Assembly (NCBI RefSeq): GCF_000400465.1
Contig: NW_008806281.1
Span: 240,001 to 272,000, forward strand
Reading direction: 5' to 3'
Length of the DNA stretch: 32,000 nucleotides
Source: Wallemia ichthyophaga EXF-994
Taxonomy: Eukaryota; Fungi; Basidiomycota
The number at the start of each line of letters is the position of its first letter. Within the stretch, counting starts at the first letter, position 1. A program made the position numbers and the translations under genes. The notes beneath the pieces are model-generated. The model was not told the DNA's origin and made no database searches. It worked only from the letters and a program-made list of their open reading frames with translations. Shown in pieces: positions 23,944 through 32,000 of this stretch.

Positions 23944-25697
23944 TTATTTTACCTGTTGGCTGTTGGATTCAAACCTCCCAAGCGTCACCTCCTCCCAGAT
24001 TTCTCTGCAGTTGACGACTGATCCGAGTCTTGAACAAAGAAGAAAAGCCCCCGAAAGCTTCCGATTGAGGCTGTAAGTTTCCTTAGGCGGTGGTGTAAGA
24101 CGATGTTGGAGCATGATCGGTATCTGTGCCTTGACGCGTTCCGTGATGGTTTGATTCAAGAAGCTGTAAGGTTCTGCCTGTCTGAACGGCTCACCCAGAG
24201 CCAACATGGATGCGATATGTGCGTTGATCATTTCCTCGCTCTCGTCGCCCGTCAGATATCCCAACTGCAGCGAAGTCCTCACGCACTCCTCTCTATCGCC
24301 ATTCCCTGCTGCCAGTAACAAACGTCCAAACGCACCGACGAAATCCTCCGTATACGCTCTTGACGCGCCGAAGTCGATAAGGTTAATCCTTCCACACTCC
24401 CCATCCCACAGGAAGTTACTCCAGTTAGGATCTGTCTGCATCAGTCTGAATTGGAATATTTCGCTAATGCAAAGGCGCATAATGGCTGATCCAATCTGTG
24501 TGGCGGGTGAGCAGTGTACACAGCACACTCGCTATACCTTTCACCCACCTTGTCTTTCGTTGGCTGGTCGTATGTGTACGCCCTCGACAGCGACTCTCCC
24601 GGCATGAATTGTGTGGTGAGTATGTTGGGTGTGCACAAGTCTTTTACCACCACGGGGCAGCTGAAGACGGGGTCATTATGCAGATACTCCCCAAACCGCT
24701 CTCCACATTCAGCTTCGCGGAGGTAGTCGCATTCATCAGCCAGCTCAGTGCGCATCTGACGAATAGTGTTATCGAGGAACAATCCACGCGGGAGGATGCC
24801 GCTGGCCGCGACGAGCAGTTTAAGGTTGTTCAGATCCGAGCTAATGCTCTCTTTAACGCCTGGGAACTGGATTTTGAGGGCGACGTGCATGCGTGGGTGT
24901 GTGGGGTGGTGTGCGCTGAGTGTCGCCGTGTGCACCTGCCCAATACTCGCAGCAGCCACAGGCACCTTGTCGAAATGCTCGAAATGGCTGATCCAGTCAG
25001 CACCGTACTCGGCGGCGAGCACTCTCTCTAGCTGCCAGTTGGGCATGTAGTCGGCCTTATTCTGTAGCCGCGTCAACGCCGTTTCTATCTCGGGTGGCAG
25101 CAGGTGGCTGTCCTGGATCGAGAGGAATTGTCCGAGTTTGAGGGCTGCGCCGCGCATTACTGACAGCTTGGCCACTAGTCGGTCGACGTTGGCTGGGGAG
25201 AGCAAGGCGGAATGTTGGGTATTGCCGCCGCGGAGTACTTGACTCGCTGTGCCGTACGTAAGCCCCGCTGCTAAGCCTCCGTAGTGGAATAGCCTGCCTA
25301 AGCGCGAAGACGGTACCTTTGTGTAGCGTGGAGAGTGTGAGGGTGGTTGAGAGGGTGGCACTGCGAGAGGCTGTGTGGGTGTATGCGATATCCCCGATGT
25401 CTCGTGTATGCCGTGCGGCTGTAAAGTAGTTTGAGACATTGTGGTGGATGGCTGTGAGTCTGGTTGTTTGGGAGAATGAGTTCTTGAGAGTGATTGGCTG
25501 GGATTGCTAGAATGATTTCGATCCATGTGTGCATTCTGTGTGTCACTGCCACTGCCACCACCACCACCACCACCACCACCACTATCGCGTGCGTAAGCAT
25601 ATAAATCCTCCAAAGACTCAAATTGCTGTGTATTTCGTGGCAAAGGGGTATAAATCCGCTTCAAAGAGTTCAAAATTTTAAAATAATTGGAAAGCAT
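23944..25697 (-). CDS. COQ8: ABC1/UbiB atypical kinase Coq8
   Basis: VPSSRLGRLFHYGGL, RGAALKLGQFLS, AAASIGQVH, VALKIQFPGV, MQTDPNWSNF and LIDFGA. One intron near 24495-24550. First ATG is 25697 (the ORF-track start at 25721 is TTG). Confidence 0.95.
25544..25583 (-). repeat. (GGT)n microsatellite encoding poly-Gly in the Coq8 N-terminal region
   Basis: About nine CCA units on the + strand, translated as DSGGGGGGGGGSGS. Confidence 0.9.
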
Positions 25698-25723
25698 GTC
25701 GTGGTGGTTCCGAGTAGACAACC

Positions 25724-26150
25724 ATGGTCAACGTAAAGAGCTGGAAGGAGTACCAGAAGCGGAGTATTGAGCTGTTCAGCGACAATCCAAAGAAGGTGGA
25801 GCGCTGTGCTTTGTACCAGTCACCACACTAACCACCCACAGTACCGATACTGCGTTAAATGGCGAGCAGCCAAGAAGGATCTGGTCGTCAAGTCCACCAA
25901 CGACCACCTCTGCCTCAAGTACAAAACCCAGTCGGCGTCTATTCTCAATAGATTCCTCTCTTTCAATCGCAAGCTCGGCTTCCTTATGTCTGACACGGAG
26001 GATTTCCAGATTCAGCAGCCAGAATCACAACCACAATCACAACCTCAATCTCAATCTCAGTCACAGTCGCGACCACCACAATTACACCCACACTCTCCCT
26101 CAGACTCCCCCTCGACAAAAAATAAGAAGAAAAACAAGAAGAAAAAGTAG
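25724..26150 (+). CDS. SRP21: Signal recognition particle Alu-domain subunit SRP9/Srp21
   Basis: MVNVKSWKEYQKRSIELFSDNPKK + intron + YRYCVKWRAAKKDLVVKSTNDHLCLKYKTQSASILNRF, the fungal SRP9 pattern, followed by a Q/S/P-rich and lysine tail. Confidence 0.88.
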
Positions 26151-26200
26151 CTTTGCTTGTATTTTACTTGACATCCCAGATTTCACTTGATATCCCCTTC

Positions 26201-27750
26201 TCACTGACTCAGCGGCAACGACACCGGCTTCTTGGGCGGGCTCTTGACCGTCTTGGGTGCCCCACTCTCCATAATCACCTTGAGCATCTCCTTGTTCATC
26301 CGAGCTGCCTCCTCGAAACGTGGCTCCAAGAAACGTGCCGTCGACTCAAACTTGTCCTTGTAGTGACTAAACGAGCCATGTTCGATAACCTCGGACCATC
26401 CTCGAGTTGCAACCACGAATTCTGTATCGTCCGAGCGATGGCTAATGTCAAAAGACGCCGACTCGAGCGCCGTATTCAGTCTATCGGGCGACCTAAAGAG
26501 GTACTCAGCCACACCGATCCACATCCTAAACAGGGGTGTTCCTGCGACGTCTAGATGATCAAAGGGATGAATACCCAGTCTGTTCCAGCAATCCACCATA
26601 GCAAGAATTGTGAGATGTGAGTTGCGTGCCGAGCAGTGCTGACTGGAGGGCTGATGGAGTGAGAAGCGATCGAGCAGGCTCTCACTAAGCAGAATAGGTG
26701 TGCGCTCACTCTTGCTTCCGTTCGTCCCTGGCTCCACTCCATCTTTATACCCAAACACCCGCCTACGAGCGTCGAGAGCGCGCTCCTTCAAACCATGGTA
26801 ATCCCCCGCAATCATCAACTTGAATAGCTCAGTCGCGGATGCAGCAAACTGCCGCACTTGCGCATGTGCACTTGGATTGAGAATAGCCAACCCCGCATAC
26901 ACATGCCACTTATTCGCATATATCCGCAGAGCTATGTTGCACTTGACGACTTCTATCCCGTTCACATAACGGTCTAGCTCCCACGGATAGCTCTGAGACA
27001 TGTTCCACGCTGTGCCCATGCTGAGGAAAGCGGCGTGGGTGACTGCCTGGGTGTTGGCAGTAACTATGTCATGCTCCTCGTACGTCAGATACACATAGCG
27101 GCTGCGAAAGCAGCTGAAGACATCCTCCGCCTTGCGCAGTACCCAGTCTGGAGAAGTGTGTTGGATGAGTACCTGGTGCGTTTGTGAGACATTGCACAAA
27201 GTGCAAAATGAAAATTGAAAAAACTCAAACCCACCAACGGCTGCCCCTCAGGACTCACGGTGGGGCCATGAAGAGAGTGGATGGATACTACATGCACATC
27301 GTGTGGAAGATGCCTCTCGAACGCAGCCCGTTCAGGTGCCTTTACTGAGGTCTGAGCCGACACTATGGCACCCACTTTCGTAGACGCGCCATACTCCCCA
27401 ACTACCCTATCTATGAACTCCGCCTCTACTGAATAGATGACGAAATCTGCCTTGCGTGATACTAGATGACCGTTTTTGACTACATGTACGGGTGTGTCGC
27501 GGTAGTAAGCAAATAGGCTGTCGTAGTTCTCAGGTCTATCGCAGACGATGCAGCTGTGCGTGTGTGTATCAGCGTAAGCTCTATGTAATAAACTCGATGA
27601 CGTAATTGTGACTGTAATTGCACTGTAGCTGCCACAACCTACGCAACCACCCACTCACCTCCAACCAGACTTGTAGAAATTGTTCGCATACATCTTCCCC
27701 ATATCCCCCATACCGATTATTCCAATTATAAATTCATTTTCAACTCCCAT
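26201..27750 (-). CDS. TYR1: Prephenate dehydrogenase (NADP+)
   Basis: IGIIGMGDMGKMYA Rossmann motif, SRKADFVIYSVEAE, AQTSVKAPE, SIHSLHGP, EEHDIVTANTQAVTHAAFLSMG and NKWHVYAGLAILN; at least two introns. Confidence 0.94.
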
Positions 27751-27790
27751 CGTCGTCGTCGTTCTGCTTATAGAAAGTGAAAGTGTAGCA

Positions 27791-28618
27791 ATGACCGGTC
27801 GATTGAAATTTAAAAAAAGCAGCAACCAATCGGATTCCGAGATTTTTGACAAGACGAAAGAGAAGTTCAAGAGGCGGTGCACGCGCATAAGTCCTCCGCG
27901 GTATGCATATCTCGACGAGCCTATTAGTCCGCCGAGAAAGACACGCAGACGGCGTTGGAATGGCGATGATGCTGACGCAGAAGAGGAAGAATTCAACGCC
28001 AAGTTATACGATGTCGGTGGTGAGGATGGTGCGTTTGAAGCATACGTACCTCCACCATGGCGAGGTGGGGAATCTTATACCAGCTATTTGGATACATTTT
28101 CAAACGACAGCGACGACGACGAGAGATATGCGGAGAATATAAGGCAGAAAATGTGGGAGAAATCTCACCCAGGAGAAGCACAGCATGCGCGTGAGTTTGC
28201 AAAGATGAAATCAGATCGAAGGAATATTACGAGTCGAGCGAAATACGCAGCTCGCGATGAAATACACAGCGAGCAGGCAGAACAAGCTGCTAAACAGATC
28301 AATGAGGCAGAGAAGCAAGCAGAAGCCAAACGACAGTCATTCAGGTCATTCTGGCTGAATACTCCGGGTAAAATCACCTCAAGCAATATCAAATACCCCT
28401 CATTCGATGGTTGCATTAGCGAGAGCAGCGTCAGTAGCTTCTTGCAACTCTCTCATTTACGCGCATCCGATAAGAAACGCGTGGTGAGAGACGTTATGCG
28501 CATTTTCCACCCAGACAAGTTCGTGCGATATGAAAGTCAAATCCCAACGCAGGAATACGATTCGATTAAGGAGAAAGTGTCCATGATAGCAAGGATACTG
28601 ATACATCTGCTTGAATAA
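27791..28618 (+). CDS. Conserved-type hypothetical protein with a C-terminal J-like HPDKF motif (NFKBIL1-like C-terminus), intronless
   Basis: 275 aa from ATG 27791: basic N-terminus, acidic middle, helical region, then KRVVRDVMRIFHPDKF. The family call is from motif resemblance only. Confidence 0.7.
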   Translation: MTGRLKFKKSSNQSDSEIFDKTKEKFKRRCTRISPPRYAYLDEPISPPRKTRRRRWNGDDADAEEEEFNAKLYDVGGEDGAFEAYVPPPWRGGESYTSYLDTFSNDSDDDERYAENIRQKMWEKSHPGEAQHAREFAKMKSDRRNITSRAKYAARDEIHSEQAEQAAKQINEAEKQAEAKRQSFRSFWLNTPGKITSSNIKYPSFDGCISESSVSSFLQLSHLRASDKKRVVRDVMRIFHPDKFVRYESQIPTQEYDSIKEKVSMIARILIHLLE

Positions 28619-28624
28619 ATTGCT

Positions 28625-29201
28625 TCAGTTCTTGTTCTTGTAGTTTTTGTAGATAATCCCAGCATTCAGGTACGTCGCGTATCCCAACCACGCGCAGTAA
28701 GGGAGGTAAAGATAGAAAGCATTCGTGTCAATCCCTCTGAGATCATTTGTAGTCTTCAGCACTGTCCCAAGAAGTGCGGCAATATCTAATAAAGCGAGCA
28801 CAGGCTTTTTGGCACCGAAAAATAGTGGTGTCCAGAGCATATTCATTCCAAACTGCGCGTATTGAAGGTGCAAGCTATCTCTAGCTGCGTCACCGATGAA
28901 TGGCGTGTTGACATGCGACGCTGTCAAGTGAGCCGCATATCCCATTGCACCGTACAACAGAGTCCACACGATTGGGAAGGCTATTCTGGGTGGCTGGCCT
29001 GGTGGTTTAGCCAGAGCTGCATACCATGTGTTAACAGAGGACTTGGTTATAGCCCCGCTTAAACCACCCAAAGCTATCGGCAATCCAACGGCAATTGCCG
29101 GGTTACGAGGTATTTCATAGAGCTATTTGGTTTCTTAGCCGTGGTTCCAGCGTACAACTCACAGCTCAACTCACAAGCGATGACGATAGCAATTCGATCA
29201 T
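28625..29201 (-). CDS. TspO/MBR (translocator protein) family membrane protein
   Basis: First exon MIELLSSSL (ATG 29201), an intron, then LYEIPRNPAIAVGLP, WYAALAKPPGQPPRIAFPIVWTLLYGAMGYA, NMLWTPLFFG and LPYCAWLGYATYLN. Confidence 0.92.
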
Positions 29202-29341
29202 GGTCGTTGGAGGTAGAGACGCGTTTCGAATCAATCTTGGACATGAGTGTATTTCCCTTCATCAGCCTGCACTTCTGACTCAAGATTTGCTTTTAGATCA
29301 ATCCATCCATTTTCTCGATGACGTCTTGATTGTAAACTAGA

Positions 29342-30052
29342 ATGGCAGTACCGAATACGCGTGAATAAATCCATTAACACGGTACAAAACCCTCTAACTC
29401 TTGCGCAGCCGATAAGAAACCGCTCAATGACCTCCTCGCACGCGTCCAAGCGCTCGATTCTGCGAACAAGGAGAGGTGGGCAGTGTGGCTGTGTGTTATC
29501 CACCAATCTAACCCTGATTAGCTCAAAGAGGAAGCGAGAGGAGAGGGATGACAAGGTTAACAAGAGGGTGAATGGGCTCGACGTTGTGCGTTGTGCGTTA
29601 TAAATCCGTCTTCTCTGCTCACAAACGCGTAGGAAATGGGTGAAGAGAGTGAGAGAATAGCTCATGAGGGCGATAACCGTGATATACAAATATATCACGC
29701 TGCGCCTCCTAACTCCGCACATCCCGCTCACTCCTCTGTCTTCCGCGCTACACCGGCAAAATCTGGGCAGGCTGGGCAGTCTAAAACACCCCCAAATAAC
29801 CACAAAACACACACGCACACAGCGCGCACCACCCCCAAAACTACCCTCCCCAAGGAAGACGACGACGTCATCGTGATTGACAATCTCACACCAAAGAAGC
29901 AGTACACGCCAAACAGTGCAACTTCGAACAAATTCAGAGGCGGTAGGATATCGGAGGCGTACAAAATGACTCCGAGGAGGAAGATGACGCGTGAAATGCT
30001 TATGCCTGAGGAGAGCTTTGAGAAGGAGAATGAGAATGAGGATGCGTGGTGA
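29342..30052 (+). CDS. Small disordered TP-rich hypothetical protein (~183 aa, 4 exons)
   Basis: Exons 29342-29360, 29409-29475, 29522-29567 and 29633-30052 splice in frame with CTAAC/CTCAC branch sites: MAVPNTPDKKPLNDLLARVQALDSANKESSKRKREE...MTPRRKMTREML. No family recognised. Confidence 0.75.
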
Positions 30053-30276
30053 GTGTGGTGATCTGTACTGTTGTAATTCTATCGCAATTGATTATTTATA
30101 TTCTGTGCAATGATTTACAAGGCTTTAACACTTGAATACACCATAAGTTGTGCTTATCCCTGCGCGATAATCGATATTATGAAATGTGTTAGTTAGCAGG
30201 ATTATGATCAATTGATCTCATTTTTAATTTCCAGCTCACTTTTAGCGCGATTTCCTTTTTCGGCGACGGGCCTTAC

Positions 30277-30282
30277 TATAAA
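30277..30282 (+). promoter_or_regulatory. Candidate TATA box for the AA9-like gene
   Basis: TATAAA about 150 bp upstream of ATG 30428; position and sequence only. Confidence 0.4.
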
Positions 30283-30427
30283 GGCCGGACTTGTTTCGTT
30301 AATTATTTGTCAAGTCAAAGATCGCTGGACGTTCTAACCTCAATCAACTGGTATTGATTAAGACAGAGTCTCTGGGAGATAAAACCACAGCACAGCACAC
30401 ACACAGACACACACATACACACTCACA

Positions 30428-31501
30428 ATGCACTTCTCACAAGCCATCGCGACAGCACTACTTAGCGCAATGCCGGTCATTGCAGCGCCAGTGCCAACAC
30501 CAATGAGTATGTCATCAAAACAAAGCCAGATGGTATCGCCGGACCTGATACGAGCAGCGCAAGCAAGCGAGCCTGTAGCAATAAAGGATGTAAAGTCGCA
30601 CGACCTAACGTGTGGCAGGGGAGCGTCGGTGCAGCACCAAGACCACCCTGTCGCTATAGACGCAGGCACGCAGCTGCAGATGCAATGGAGCGACGACTGG
30701 AAGCACTCCATCGGACCTATAATGACATACCTCGCTGCGTGCGTCGACAACGACTGTGCTCAGTCCGACGTAACTACACTCGAATGGTTCAAGATCGACC
30801 AGAAGGCTGCCGATGCGAGTGGGGCTTGGTGGCAAAGCGAGTTGGATACGCAGCGCATATACGTGCCTATCCCTGCCGCCTTGCGTGAGGGCAATTACAT
30901 AGTGCGTCATGAAGTAATCGTGCTCGATCAGGACCCTGTGCTGTTCTTCCCGGCCTGCGCTGCGCTGAATGTGCGCAACCAGAACCAAGTTGAGGTTGAG
31001 GGCGTAGAGACTTACCCATCGTCAAACTTCACGGTGGAAATACCAGGTGCTTACGGTGAAGACGACGAGGGGTTGCAGAGCGTGGATGAGGCCTTTGACG
31101 CTCACAGTTACGTCTTCCCAGGTCCACCCGTCTGGCAGCCAGATGTGGATGGATTGGTAGAGAGCGCATCGAGCGATGGGTTCTACGAGGCGGCTGAAAT
31201 GGATGTAGAGATGGCTGGCGATGCTTATCAGGTGCAGTTTTTAGCGCCAAATATCACATCGAGCGTCGAGTTTGTCAGTAGCACCGCGACTACACTGATG
31301 CCTACGATGACAGTGGAAAGCGTGAGTAGCACGACAAGCAGCACTTCCACGGGTACAGCTACAGCTACACCATCCCCCACTCCTTACCACGCGCAACTAT
31401 CACCGCTCCCAACAGATATAAATCACGGTGAGAGCGGCGGTGAAGCGGAAGATGGGCCATCTTACGATGACGGTAGCTGGAATCCAACAAAGTATGACTA
31501 A
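30428..31501 (+). CDS. Secreted AA9 (GH61/LPMO)-fold protein lacking copper-binding residues, with an acidic and Ser/Thr-rich tail; intronless
   Basis: Signal peptide MHFSQAIATALLSAMPVIA; AA9 scaffold motifs DLTCG, W.HSIGPIMTYLAAC, WFKIDQ, IPAAL..GNYIVRHEVI, FFPACAAL and VEIPGAY. No His at the mature N-terminus. Confidence 0.88.
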   Translation: MHFSQAIATALLSAMPVIAAPVPTPMSMSSKQSQMVSPDLIRAAQASEPVAIKDVKSHDLTCGRGASVQHQDHPVAIDAGTQLQMQWSDDWKHSIGPIMTYLAACVDNDCAQSDVTTLEWFKIDQKAADASGAWWQSELDTQRIYVPIPAALREGNYIVRHEVIVLDQDPVLFFPACAALNVRNQNQVEVEGVETYPSSNFTVEIPGAYGEDDEGLQSVDEAFDAHSYVFPGPPVWQPDVDGLVESASSDGFYEAAEMDVEMAGDAYQVQFLAPNITSSVEFVSSTATTLMPTMTVESVSSTTSSTSTGTATATPSPTPYHAQLSPLPTDINHGESGGEAEDGPSYDDGSWNPTKYD

Positions 31502-31566
31502 ATATCGATAAAATTAAAAGTTTTGTAGATTGATAAATTCAGATTGATTCTTGAAGAATTACGGCC

Positions 31567-32000
31567 ATGTCAATTCCATCCGTGTCACGAGCAGAGATAG
31601 TCCAGTGGATAAATGGGGTACTTGACAGCAATTATACCAAAGTAGAGCAGTGCGGAACCGGTGCGATTTACTGCCAGCTTCTCGATTCAATTTACCGTGC
31701 GTGGTGATGTGTTTGTGGGGAGTAGCGGGTTTAACGGGGATTTACAGAGAATGTGCCACTGGGGAGAGTCAAGTTTAATGCTCGCCAGGTGTGTTAAATG
31801 GGTTGGCAAACACCACAGCACTCACCAACATTCCCAGGAATACGAGTACATAAACAACTTCAAAATTCTGCAAACGGCGTTTAGAGTGAGTGTCTTGCTT
31901 TTCCTGCTTCTCTACTCACACAATTCTCGCCAGTCTAACAAGAGTGAGTTGCTTGTCTTGTCCACTTGACCACACGGTTAACCACAATCCAGTGTGAGTG
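31567..32000 (+). CDS. BIM1: Microtubule plus-end protein EB1/Bim1 (CH domain, partial; runs off the window)
   Basis: MSIPSVSRAEIVQWINGVLDSNYTKVEQCGTGAIYCQLLDSIY..VPLGRVKFNARQEYEYINNFKILQTAFRSNK; several introns and a 10-nt exon at 31934-31943. Confidence 0.93.

Noticed and set aside
29231-29818. 195-aa minus-strand ORF
   Set aside because: The plus strand has three well-formed introns with branch sites that splice in frame; the minus ORF is its antisense shadow.

Overview
Eukaryotic, fungal (basidiomycete-type) genomic DNA. It is very compact, with about 20 intact intron-containing genes in 32 kb, introns of about 45-55 nt (GTGAGT/GTAAGT...CTAAC/CTGAC...YAG) and tiny intergenic gaps; this style suggests a Wallemia-like genome (inference, not verified). 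Gene order, reconstructed by manual splicing: Zds1-like (~1800 aa), an unexplained 2.5 kb interval holding a decayed C2H2 zinc finger, ATP17, a putative degenerate Gfd2/YDR514C-like protein, DBP5, HMT1, a ~2.9 kb block of two fused pseudogene fragments (SNF2/STH1-type ATPase C-terminus and ClpB/Hsp78-type NBD2), RPS2, ANT1-like carrier, metallophosphoesterase, PRE10, MsrB/MXR2 (absent from the ORF track), DCG1-like racemase, IES2, COQ8, SRP9/21, TYR1, an HPDKF-motif protein, TSPO, a small TP-rich protein, an AA9/LPMO-fold protein lacking the copper histidine brace, and the 5' part of EB1/BIM1. No tRNA, rRNA, CRISPR array or recognisable transposon was seen. I found no clearly new multi-gene system. 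The best leads are the brace-less AA9 protein, the chimeric pseudogene block, a candidate 1-nt exon in EB1 plus several other microexons, extremely short head-to-head spacers (26-140 bp between ATGs), and the possible Gfd2-like/DBP5/HMT1/RPS2 neighbourhood. All family calls come from remembered motifs, not database searches.
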